This document shows positions 40,085 to 48,907 of a stretch of DNA of 64,000 nucleotides, one piece after another. The notes under the pieces are model-generated. The model saw nothing but the letters and a program-made list of their open reading frames with translations. It was not told where the DNA came from and made no database searches. This DNA is from Alphaproteobacteria bacterium (GTDB lineage Bacteria > Pseudomonadota > Alphaproteobacteria > MPNO01): assembly GCA_965231875.1 (NCBI GenBank), contig CBDDOM010000003.1:417899-481898 (forward strand), read 5' to 3'. The number at the start of each line of letters is the position of its first letter. The stretch's first letter is position 1. Position numbers and translations under genes: made by a program.

Positions 40085-41737
40085 ATGGCCGCCTCCCGCC
40101 TGGAGTCCAAAGCGCAGCGCGCGTATCCGGATTTCCGCGACCATCTCGACGCGCTCGACCGGGCGGGACTCCTGTTCCGTGTAGACGAACGCATCGACAA
40201 GGACGTCGAGATGCACCCCCTGGTCCGCTGGCAGTTCCGCGGCGGGCTGAAGGAAGACCAGCGCAAGGCCTTCCTTTTCACCGACGTCACGGACGCGAAG
40301 GGCCGGGACTACGACATGCCCGTGGTCGTCGGCGCGCTTGCCGCGAACGCCGCGATCTACAGCATCGGCATGGGTGTCCCGGTCGAAGAAATAGGCGATC
40401 GGTGGACCGCGGCCATCGCGAACCCCGTCCCGCCCGCGGAAGTAGCTCACGCGCCCTGCCAGGAGGTCGTGGTCGAGGGTGCCGCGCTGTTGGGCGAGGG
40501 AAGGGGGCTCGACGCGCTGCCGGTGCCGATCTCGACGCCCGGTTTCGACGCCGCGCCCTATCTCACCGCGACCGGATGCGTCACCAGGAATCCGGAGACC
40601 GGGGTCCAGAACATGGGCACCTACCGGGCGGGGCTGAAGGCGCCGGATCGCCTTGCGGTGCGGATGGCGACTCGTTCCGGCGGCGCGGAAGGTTATCGCC
40701 ACTGGCTGCAATACCGGGAGCGCGGCGAGCCCATGCCCTGCGCGATCGCGCTCGGCCCGCCGCCCGCGGTCGCCTATTGCGCGCCTCAGAAATTGCAGAT
40801 GGGGTTCGATGAGGTGGCGGTGGCAGGCGGGATCGTCGGCGCGCCGATCGATGTGGTCCGGTGCAGGACGGTCGACCTCACCGTCCCGGCCGATTCGGAG
40901 ATCGTGATCGAGGGGCTGATCGACACGGAATTCGTGGAGCCCGAGGCGCCGTTCGGCGAGAGCCACGGCCATGTCGCGCTCGAAGACTACAACATGATCA
41001 TGCGGGTGACCGCGATCGCCCACCGCCGGGACGCCATCCTGCCGTCGATCATCAGCCAGGTGACGCCGTCCGAATCGAGCGTCATCAAGCGGGTCGCCTA
41101 CGAGCCCTTGTTCCTTGCGCATCTGACAGACCGTCTCGGCATCAAGGGCGTCAAGCGGGTGGTCATGCACGAGCCGCTGACCAATATCCGGCGGGTGATC
41201 TTCGTCCAGTTCGAAGGCGGCGTGCCCAGGACCGAAGTGTGGCGCGCGCTCTACGGTGCGTCGTCGCTGCAATCGGCTTGCGGGAAATACGTCGTCGCGG
41301 TTTCCGACGACATCGATCCGGAAAACGCCGATGCCGTCTGGTGGTCGATCGCCTATCGCGCCAACCCGCGCGAGGACAGCGCGGTTCTCGACCACCGCCA
41401 TCGCGGCCATGGGCCGAAGACCGAAGACCCCGATTTCGAGGACTCGACGCTGCTGATCGACGCGACCCTCAAGGGCGACATGCCGCCCGTGGCGCTGCCC
41501 AGGGAAGGGTATATGGAACGCGCGAGGGAAATCTGGGAGCGTCTCGACCTGCCGTCCCTCAGCCCGCAGAGCCCGTGGGCCGGGTATTCGCTCGGCGACT
41601 GGGAGGAGCGCTGGGAAGCGGCCGCCCAACGAGCCGTCGCCGGCGACTATCTGGAAAACGGCCGGCTGACGGCGCAGCGGCGGAGAAGCGCCGTCGAGCC
41701 CGAAACGCCGGTCCGCTGGGTCGAAGACGATGTCTAG
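40085..41737 (+). CDS. UbiD family prFMN-dependent (de)carboxylase, paralogue 2
   Basis: QNMGTYR, EIVIEG, EAPFGESHG, DDIDP, IDAT. Confidence 0.92.
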   Translation: MAASRLESKAQRAYPDFRDHLDALDRAGLLFRVDERIDKDVEMHPLVRWQFRGGLKEDQRKAFLFTDVTDAKGRDYDMPVVVGALAANAAIYSIGMGVPVEEIGDRWTAAIANPVPPAEVAHAPCQEVVVEGAALLGEGRGLDALPVPISTPGFDAAPYLTATGCVTRNPETGVQNMGTYRAGLKAPDRLAVRMATRSGGAEGYRHWLQYRERGEPMPCAIALGPPPAVAYCAPQKLQMGFDEVAVAGGIVGAPIDVVRCRTVDLTVPADSEIVIEGLIDTEFVEPEAPFGESHGHVALEDYNMIMRVTAIAHRRDAILPSIISQVTPSESSVIKRVAYEPLFLAHLTDRLGIKGVKRVVMHEPLTNIRRVIFVQFEGGVPRTEVWRALYGASSLQSACGKYVVAVSDDIDPENADAVWWSIAYRANPREDSAVLDHRHRGHGPKTEDPDFEDSTLLIDATLKGDMPPVALPREGYMERAREIWERLDLPSLSPQSPWAGYSLGDWEERWEAAAQRAVAGDYLENGRLTAQRRRSAVEPETPVRWVEDDV

Positions 41738-43364
41738 TTCCGCGCGCGGTTATCCGGACCTTCACGATCACATCGCCACGCTGGAGGGGTCCGGTCTTCT
41801 TGTCCGCGTTGATCGCGAGATCAACAAGGACACGGAAATGCATCCGCTGGTCCGCTGGCAGTTTCGCGGCGGCATTCCGGAAAATGAGCGTAAGGCGTTC
41901 CTGTTCACCAACGTGGTCGACTCCAAGGACCGGAGCTACGACATACCGGTGATCGTCGGCGGGCTGGCGGCGAGCCGGGAGATCTATCGGCACGGGATTG
42001 GCTGCGAGCTCGACCGGATCGATGAGCGCTGGGCGGAGGCGATCGCCAACCCGATCCCGCCCCGCGAGATCGCGGACGCGCCGTGCCACGAACTGGTGTT
42101 CGCCGACGAGGCGCTCAATACCGAGGGGAACGCGCTCGACGGCATCCCGGTGCCGATCTCGACGCCCGGCTGGGACAACGCGCCCTACACGACGCTGTCC
42201 CAATACATCACCCGCGACCCCGACACCGGCATCCAGAACATGGGCAACTACCGGGGGCAGGTGAAAGCGCCCCGGCGTCTCGGCATGAACCCCTCGCTGG
42301 AGCTCAGACCGGGTATCTACATCCACTGGCAGAAATACCGGGAGCGCGGCGAGCGCATGCCGGCCGCCGTGGTTCTCGGCGCACCGCCATGCGTGACCTT
42401 CACATCGACCCTCAAGCTGCCCGAGTCGGTCTGTGAGTTCGACATCGCGGGCGGGCTGGTCGGCTGCCCGCTGAACGTCGTCAGGGCGAAGACCGTCGAC
42501 CTCCTCGTTCCCGCCGAGGCCGAGATCGTTGTCGAAGGCTATATCGACACGGAATACCTCGAACCCGAGGCGCCGTTCGGGGAAAGCCATGGCCACGTCA
42601 ATTTGCAGGAATTCAACGCCTTCATGGACGTGACCGCCGTGACCCGGCGCAAGAACGCGGTCCTGACTTCCATCATCAGCCAGGTTACGCCGTCCGAATC
42701 GAGCACCATCAAGCGGGTGGCGATGGAGCCGCTGTTCCTCGCGCATCTCAGGGACCGCCTGGGCATCAAGGGCGTGATCCGCGTCGGCATGCACGAACCG
42801 CTGACCAATATCAGGAAGGTCATCGTGGTCCAGGTCGAGCGCGGCCTCGCGCGGACCGAGATCTGGCGGGCGCTCTACGGCGCGGCCTCGCTGCATCGCG
42901 CGGCCGGGAAGTACGTCATCGCGGTCAACGACGATATCGACCCGGACAACGCCGATGCCCTGTTCTGGGCGATGGCGTACCGCGCCAACCCCGCCCTCGA
43001 TCTCGAAATGCTCGGCCACCGCGACCAGGGACACGGCCCGCGCAGCCTTCGCAACAACGGCGAGGATGCGAGCGTCCTGATCGACGCCACGCTCAAGGAG
43101 GACTTTCCGCCGATCTCGCTGCCCAGGCGGGAGTTCATGGATAACGCCCGGGAAATATGGGAAGAGCTGGGCCTCCCGCCGCTCAAGCCCGAGACGCCCT
43201 GGCACGGTTACAGTCTCGGTGAGTGGTCGGAGGAGTTCGAGCGCGCCGCGGTCATGGCCACGGAAGGCGACTATTTCGAGACCGGCCGGATTATCGCCCA
43301 GAGACGGCGCAACGACGTCGAAATGAACACCGAGGTGCGCCGCGTGGACGAGGGCGGCGACTAG
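41730..43364 (+). CDS. UbiD family prFMN-dependent (de)carboxylase, paralogue 3
   Basis: QNMGNYR, EIVVEG, EAPFGESHG, NDDIDP, IDAT. Confidence 0.92.
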   Translation: MSSSARGYPDLHDHIATLEGSGLLVRVDREINKDTEMHPLVRWQFRGGIPENERKAFLFTNVVDSKDRSYDIPVIVGGLAASREIYRHGIGCELDRIDERWAEAIANPIPPREIADAPCHELVFADEALNTEGNALDGIPVPISTPGWDNAPYTTLSQYITRDPDTGIQNMGNYRGQVKAPRRLGMNPSLELRPGIYIHWQKYRERGERMPAAVVLGAPPCVTFTSTLKLPESVCEFDIAGGLVGCPLNVVRAKTVDLLVPAEAEIVVEGYIDTEYLEPEAPFGESHGHVNLQEFNAFMDVTAVTRRKNAVLTSIISQVTPSESSTIKRVAMEPLFLAHLRDRLGIKGVIRVGMHEPLTNIRKVIVVQVERGLARTEIWRALYGAASLHRAAGKYVIAVNDDIDPDNADALFWAMAYRANPALDLEMLGHRDQGHGPRSLRNNGEDASVLIDATLKEDFPPISLPRREFMDNAREIWEELGLPPLKPETPWHGYSLGEWSEEFERAAVMATEGDYFETGRIIAQRRRNDVEMNTEVRRVDEGGD

Positions 43365-43395
43365 GGCAGTTCTTGGCCAACCGTCAGCCTCCATT

Positions 43396-43505
43396 TCGTC
43401 ATATCGACCGAAGCGCCGTCAGGCGCGCAGCTGAGAAATCTCGTGCGCGTGGCCGGAGATATCTCCGCTCCGCCGCGCTCCGCGCGGCTCCGGTCGATAT
43501 GACGA
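43396..43505. repeat. 110-bp palindromic intergenic repeat (empty copy of the outer element at 55663-56060)
   Basis: TCGTCATATCGACCGAAGC ... GCTCCGGTCGATATGACGA inverted arms; inner GAGAAATCT/AGATATCTC. Confidence 0.85.
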
Positions 43506-43598
43506 TGGGGTCTTGCGCCGATAGCGCGCCGGCCCACTGGACAAGGCCGAGGCCGCGCGGCTAGACCCTGCGTATCGAGCCCGGCCCGGGAGGAGCGA

Positions 43599-44678
43599 TT
43601 GGCTGACTTCGCGACACTGCATGAGATCGTCGCCGCCGCGCGCGGCAATCTGTCCGACGGCGTCTGGGACTACCTGACCGGCGGAACCGAGACGGAGACC
43701 TCCCTGCTCCGCAACCGCCTGGGGCTCGATTCGATCGCCTTCCGGCCTCGCGTGCTCAACGATGTCAGTTCCATCGATCTCGCGGGAACGATCGCCGGGC
43801 AGGCAACGCGGCTGCCCGTCGCGCTTGCGCCGATGGGTTCGCTGGAAAACCTGCACCCGGACGGCTCGATGGCGGTCGCCAGGGCGGCGGAGGCATTCGG
43901 CACGGTCTCCTACCTGAGCTCGGTGACGCATCCCGGGCTCGAGGCGATCGCCAAGGGCACCGGGCACCCGAAGATTTACCAGCTCTATGTCCGCGGCGAC
44001 CGGGAGTGGGTCGCGGAAATGGCGCGGCGCGCGATCGACAATGGCTACATCGCGTTCTGCCTCACCGTCGACGTCGCCCTCTACTCGCGCCGGGAGCGCG
44101 ACCTGATCAAGCGCTACGTGCCCACTGCGCGGCGCGCGTCCGCCGAGGGGATGGACTACCAGGCGATGCTCGACTGGGATTTCGTCGACTGGTTCAAGGA
44201 TTCCTTCGACATCCCGCTCCAGATCAAGGGGGTCGCGACCGCCGAGGACGCCGCGCTCTGCGTCGAGCACGGGGTGGACACGGTCTATGTCTCCAACCAC
44301 GGCGGGCGGCAGCTCGACCATGGCAGGGCGACCATCGACGTGTTGCCCGAGGTAGTGGAGGCGGTCGGCGGCAGGGCGGAGATCGTCATCGACGGCGGCT
44401 TCATGCGCGGCGCCGACATCGTCAAGGCGATCGCCCGGGGCGCCGATTCGGTCGCCATAGGCAAGGTTCAGGGCTTCGGGCTCGCCGCCGAGGGCAAATC
44501 GGGGATCGTCCGCGTGCTGGAGCTGCTGGAAGACGAGATGCGGATCGCGATGGGGCTGATGGGCCTCACCCGCCTCGACCGGCTCGACGAAACCTTTCTC
44601 CATGAAGCGGCGCCGGTGCGCGAGCCCTCGGCAATCTCCGCCTTTCCCTTTCTCAAACTCAGGTCACCGGAGTACTGA
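43599..44678 (+). CDS. FMN-dependent alpha-hydroxy acid dehydrogenase/oxidase
   Basis: FRPRVL, LAPMG, LTVD, RRERD, IKGV, VSNHGGRQLD, DGGFMRGAD; GGAGGAG before TTG. Confidence 0.93.
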   Translation: MADFATLHEIVAAARGNLSDGVWDYLTGGTETETSLLRNRLGLDSIAFRPRVLNDVSSIDLAGTIAGQATRLPVALAPMGSLENLHPDGSMAVARAAEAFGTVSYLSSVTHPGLEAIAKGTGHPKIYQLYVRGDREWVAEMARRAIDNGYIAFCLTVDVALYSRRERDLIKRYVPTARRASAEGMDYQAMLDWDFVDWFKDSFDIPLQIKGVATAEDAALCVEHGVDTVYVSNHGGRQLDHGRATIDVLPEVVEAVGGRAEIVIDGGFMRGADIVKAIARGADSVAIGKVQGFGLAAEGKSGIVRVLELLEDEMRIAMGLMGLTRLDRLDETFLHEAAPVREPSAISAFPFLKLRSPEY

Positions 44679-44681
44679 GCG

Positions 44682-46487
44682 ATGAACATGTTGCAGAAAT
44701 TCGACCGGCCCGCGCTCGGCGGCAACCGTCAAATGGAATGGACCAGCGACGTCGCGGCCGAGATGCTGCGCCGCCTCGGGATCAAGTACGTCTCGCTGAA
44801 CCCCGGCGCCAGCTATCGCGGGTTCCACGACTCGATCGTCAACTATCTCGGCAACGAAGACCCGCAGATGCTGCTCTGCCTGCACGAGGATCATGCGGTC
44901 TCGATCGCCCATGGATACGCCAAGGTGACCGACGAACCCATGGGGGCCATCGTCCATTCCAATGTCGGCCTGATGCACGGGTTGATGGCGATGTTCAACG
45001 CCTGGTGCGACCGCGCGCCGGTCTATGTGATGGGTGCGACCGGTCCGGTCGACGCGCCGCTCAGGCGGCCATGGATCGACTGGATCCACACCGCCAAGGA
45101 CCAGGGCATGATGCTGCGGAATTTCGTCAAATGGGACGACGAACCGCGCTCCGCCGAGGCGATCGTCGAAACCATGCTTCGCGGCGGGATCATGGCGCGG
45201 ACGCCGCCGCGCGGGCCGGTCTATATCTGTCTCGACGCGGGGCTCCAGGAAACCCGGCTCAACGGCGAAGTGACGATCCCGGACGCCGGAAGGTTCGAGG
45301 CGCCCGAGACGCCGCACGCATCGGCGGACGCCGTGTCCGCGGCGGCGGATACGCTGATCGCCGCCGAGCGGCCGGTGATGATGATCGGCCGGGTGTCGCG
45401 CAGCCAGAACGGGTGGGACCGTCGTGTGCGTTTGGCGGAAATGCTGGGCGCGCGCGTGGTCACCGACCTCAAGACCTCTTCCTCCTTCCCGACCGGGCAT
45501 CCGCTCCACGCGGGAGCGCCGTCCAACTGGGTGCGCGGTCCAGGCGAGGATCTGGTTCGGAACGCGGATGCGCTCCTTGTGCTCGACTGGATCGACCTTG
45601 CCGGCACCTTCAAGGCGCTGGGTCTCGGTTACGGCGTGGACGCGAAGGTCATCGACGTGACCCTCGACTCTTACGTTCACAACGGCTGGTCGATGGATCA
45701 TTTCGGACTTGCGGTGGGCGATCAGCGCCTGCTCGCCGATCCGGACGCCTTCGTTGTCCAGCTCCTCGCGGAGGTCGAGGAAAGGCTGGGCGGAAAACCC
45801 AAATTCGCCGGTGGCGATCCCGTGCCGCTCGCCGAACCCGATTCCAAGGAAGCGTCTTCGCCTATCGCACCGCGCGACATTGCCGGCGCGCTCAACCGGA
45901 TCAAGGGAGAGAGAAAGATAACCCTGACCCGCGTGCCGCTCGGCTGGGCAGGCGATTCGTATCACTTCTCCGAACCGCTCGATTACCTCGGCAACGATGG
46001 CGGCGGGGGGCTCGGTTCCGGCCCGGGCAATGCGGTCGGCGCCGGACTCGCGCTGATGGGATCGGACCGGGTGCCGGTCGCCATCCTCGGCGACGGCGAC
46101 TTCATGCAGGGCGGCTCGGCGCTCTGGACCGCCGCGCACTACAACATCCCTGTGCTCTTCGTGGTTTCCAACAACCGGTCGAACTTCAACGACGAGGTTC
46201 ATCAGGAGGCGATGGCGAAGGAGCGGAACCGTCCGGTGGAGAACCGCTGGATCGGCCAGCGCATCGACGATCCGGCGATCGACCTGGCCGGCTACGCCCG
46301 CTCGCAAGGCGTCGACGCGGCGGGTCCGGTCGAGACCGCGGGCGATCTTCCGGCGGCTCTCGATGCCGCCATCGCGGCCGTCGAAGCGGGCAAGCCGTTC
46401 CTGCTCGACGTGGTGGTCCAGCCGGGCTACAGCGCGCCCATGGTAACCCGGGCGAGCGGCGAGGCCTCGACCGGCACCGCGAGCTGA
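44682..46487 (+). CDS. Thiamine diphosphate-dependent enzyme (benzoylformate decarboxylase/acetolactate synthase-like)
   Basis: NPGASYRG, LHE, AHGYAK, GDGDFMQ...VSNN ThDP motif. Confidence 0.88.
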   Translation: MNMLQKFDRPALGGNRQMEWTSDVAAEMLRRLGIKYVSLNPGASYRGFHDSIVNYLGNEDPQMLLCLHEDHAVSIAHGYAKVTDEPMGAIVHSNVGLMHGLMAMFNAWCDRAPVYVMGATGPVDAPLRRPWIDWIHTAKDQGMMLRNFVKWDDEPRSAEAIVETMLRGGIMARTPPRGPVYICLDAGLQETRLNGEVTIPDAGRFEAPETPHASADAVSAAADTLIAAERPVMMIGRVSRSQNGWDRRVRLAEMLGARVVTDLKTSSSFPTGHPLHAGAPSNWVRGPGEDLVRNADALLVLDWIDLAGTFKALGLGYGVDAKVIDVTLDSYVHNGWSMDHFGLAVGDQRLLADPDAFVVQLLAEVEERLGGKPKFAGGDPVPLAEPDSKEASSPIAPRDIAGALNRIKGERKITLTRVPLGWAGDSYHFSEPLDYLGNDGGGGLGSGPGNAVGAGLALMGSDRVPVAILGDGDFMQGGSALWTAAHYNIPVLFVVSNNRSNFNDEVHQEAMAKERNRPVENRWIGQRIDDPAIDLAGYARSQGVDAAGPVETAGDLPAALDAAIAAVEAGKPFLLDVVVQPGYSAPMVTRASGEASTGTAS

Positions 46488-46496
46488 GGCGGCGCT

Positions 46497-46596
46497 CCCC
46501 CTCACCCCGACCCTCTCCCCGCGGGGGAGAGGGGATTTGCCCGCCCACTCCGCCTTACCTTCCCCCCTCCCGCTTGCGGGAGGGGCCGGGGGAGGG
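46497..46596. repeat. REP-like double hairpin repeat between convergent genes
   Basis: CCCTCACCCCGACCCTCTCCCCGCGGGGGAGAGGG and CCCCTCCCGCTTGCGGGAGGGG hairpins in inverted arrangement. Confidence 0.8.
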
Positions 46597-46796
46597 CGGA
46601 CAACTGTGCCACGAATAATTCGCGCGGCCCAGGCGGCACTCCCCCGCCGCGCTGCGCGGGGACCGGTTCGGGCGCGAGTCCCGTCCCCCGGGGACGCGGA
46701 ACCGGCGGTTTCGCGACACGATGTTACGCGCGCTCCCGTATTTTGTGACTTACGGCACGTTCTTGACACGATGGATAAGTCAGTACTGTTGACCTT

Positions 46797-46812
46797 TGTT
46801 TCACGTGAAACA
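46797..46812. promoter_or_regulatory. parS: parS centromere-like site (ParB binding)
   Basis: Perfect 16-bp palindrome TGTTTCACGTGAAACA matching the bacterial parS consensus, in an intergenic lower-GC patch. Confidence 0.85.
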
Positions 46813-46840
46813 TTGGGGCCGCGCAAGCGCGGGCAGGAAC

Positions 46841-47917
46841 TCACAGCCTGATTTCCTCGCCCAGCAGCGGAAAGGCGCCGAGTTCGGTCGCCTCGGTCAC
46901 CGCGGGAGCCTCCGTGACGTAGCTCGGGTCCAGCTGGTCCATGCTCGTAATGCCGATCAGCCCCATCGCGTTGTGAATCTCAGCTTCCAGGATTTCAAGC
47001 GCACGGATCAGTGTCGCCGTCCCGCCGACCGCGAGCGCCCAGGCCTGGAGCCGGCCGATGGCGACCGCATTGGCGCCGAGAGCGAAGGCCTTGAGGACGT
47101 CGCACCCCCGGGCGATTCCGGAATCGAGCACGATTTCCGCCCGGCCGTCGACCGCCGCCACCACCTCCCGCAGGATGTCGATCGTGCCCTGGCCGTGGTC
47201 CATCTGCCGACCGCCGTGGTTGGAGACGTACACCACGTCGACCCCGTGCTCGACCGCGAGTTCGGCATCCTCGGCGGTCTGGATGCCCTTGAGGATGAAG
47301 GGAAGGCCGCCATGCTCCTTCATCATCGCCATGGTTTCCCAGGTGATTTTGGTCTGCCATTCGCGCCCGATCTGGGTGCGGACGCTGGGTGGCAGCCAGC
47401 GGCTGAGGAGCTGGCGTTCGCGGCGGCCGTAATGGGCCGAATCGACGGTGAGGGCGAGGGCGGCGTAGCCGGCGTCGCGCGCGCGTCCGACGAGGTCGCG
47501 GATCCAGTTTTCGTCGCCGCGAATGTAAATCTGGAAGATTTTCGGGTGATCGACCGCGTCCGCGATTTCTTCGAGGCTCGGCTGGGTGACGGTCGAGACC
47601 ATCTGCAGCGTGCCGAAGGCCGCCGCCGCCCGGGCCACGGCGACTCCCGCATCCGGAGTGATGGTCTGCAACGAACCGATCGGCGCGAGCAGGACGGGAA
47701 TTCGCAGTTTGTGACCGAGCAGCTGGCCCGAAGTGTCGATCTCGGAGACATCGCGCAGGACCCGCGGACGAAAGGCGATACGGTCGAGCGCATGCCGGTT
47801 GCGCCGCATCGTCGTCTCGGTCTCGGCGGCGCCGGTGATGTAGTTCCACACCGGTTGGCTCACGTTCGCGCGCGCGGCGCGGATGATTTCTTGCGTGGTC
47901 TCGAATCGCTCAGTCAT
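46841..47917 (-). CDS. FMN-dependent alpha-hydroxy acid dehydrogenase/oxidase (paralogue of 43599-44678)
   Basis: FRPRVLRDVS, LAPIG, LTVD, ILKGI, VSNHGGRQMD; start set at MTERF by alignment with paralogue. Confidence 0.92.
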   Translation of the reverse strand: MTERFETTQEIIRAARANVSQPVWNYITGAAETETTMRRNRHALDRIAFRPRVLRDVSEIDTSGQLLGHKLRIPVLLAPIGSLQTITPDAGVAVARAAAAFGTLQMVSTVTQPSLEEIADAVDHPKIFQIYIRGDENWIRDLVGRARDAGYAALALTVDSAHYGRRERQLLSRWLPPSVRTQIGREWQTKITWETMAMMKEHGGLPFILKGIQTAEDAELAVEHGVDVVYVSNHGGRQMDHGQGTIDILREVVAAVDGRAEIVLDSGIARGCDVLKAFALGANAVAIGRLQAWALAVGGTATLIRALEILEAEIHNAMGLIGITSMDQLDPSYVTEAPAVTEATELGAFPLLGEEIRL

Positions 47918-48027
47918 GGGGTGCTCCGGTGATCTGGTCTGCTTCTTTCCTGGGTTGAGGACGCGCCGTTGACAGCGGCGGCGCCAGAGACGAAACATGA
48001 TCCCACGCCGGAGCGGCACGGAGAACC

Positions 48028-48834
48028 ATGGCCAACATCCTTGAGATTTCCGAGGTCTCGAAGACCTATGACGTCGACACCGGGAACCCCGTCCAGGCGC
48101 TGGACCGGGTAACGCTCGACGTCGCCGAGGGCGAGTTCGTCTCGGTGATCGGCCCCAGCGGTTGCGGCAAGTCGACGCTTTTCAACATCGTCGGCGGCCT
48201 GATCGCCCAATACGAGGGCAGCGTGCTGATCGACGGCCACGCGGTCGACGGCGCGCATCGCGACGTCGGCGTCGTGTTCCAGGAAGAATCGACCTTTCCC
48301 TGGCGAACCACGCTCGACAACGTCGCCTTCCCGCTCGAGGTCCAGGGCATGACCAAGGTCGACCGCGACGAACGGGCGCGGAAATTCGTGAGTCTGGTGG
48401 GCCTCGATGGTTTCGAGAACCACTACCCGGCCCAGCTCTCGGGCGGGATGAAACAGCGGACGGCGGTGGCGAGGACTCTTGCGTACGAGCCGCGCATCAT
48501 GCTGCTGGACGAGCCGTTCGGCGCACTCGACGAACAGACCCGCATGCTGCTCGGCGACAAGATGCTGGAGATCTGGGCGGCGCTGAACCAGACGATGCTG
48601 CTGATCACCCACAACATCACCGAAGCGGTCCAGCTCTCGGACCGGGTGGTGGTAATGTCCTTCCGTCCCGGCAAGATCAAGGAGATCATCGAGATCGATC
48701 TGCCGCGTCCACGGTCGTCGGAAGTGATTTCCACGCCCAAATTCGGCGAATACGTCGGGAGGCTCTGGACGCTTCTCCGCGAGGAGGCATCGCGGGGGAT
48801 GGTCGAGGCCGAAGCCGAGCTCGCAGCACGATAA
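48028..48834 (+). CDS. ABC transporter ATP-binding protein, NitT/TauT family
   Basis: GPSGCGKST, LSGGMKQR, LLDEPFGALD, ITH. Confidence 0.95.
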   Translation: MANILEISEVSKTYDVDTGNPVQALDRVTLDVAEGEFVSVIGPSGCGKSTLFNIVGGLIAQYEGSVLIDGHAVDGAHRDVGVVFQEESTFPWRTTLDNVAFPLEVQGMTKVDRDERARKFVSLVGLDGFENHYPAQLSGGMKQRTAVARTLAYEPRIMLLDEPFGALDEQTRMLLGDKMLEIWAALNQTMLLITHNITEAVQLSDRVVVMSFRPGKIKEIIEIDLPRPRSSEVISTPKFGEYVGRLWTLLREEASRGMVEAEAELAAR

Positions 48835-48907
48835 AATGGGCGGTTTCGCAGCCGTGGCGGGTTTCGGATAGACTGCCGCGGCTGATCACAAGGAGGGGAG
48901 TGAACAA

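Noticed and set aside
39134-41629. 831-aa minus-strand ORF and similar long ORFs (11476-13434, 16226-17965, 21385-23145, 25852-27951, 33218-35215, 44664-46844)
   Set aside because: Antisense or off-frame shadows of well-supported genes, expected at high GC; no recognisable motifs
37662-43364. Ubiquinone biosynthesis ubiD
   Set aside because: Three divergent long-tailed copies in a catabolic/transport context with no ubi genes; gene symbol withheld
47969-47998. Sigma-70 promoter for the ABC operon (TTGACA at 47969)
   Set aside because: Perfect -35 but no convincing -10 at 16-18 bp; not supportable without TSS data
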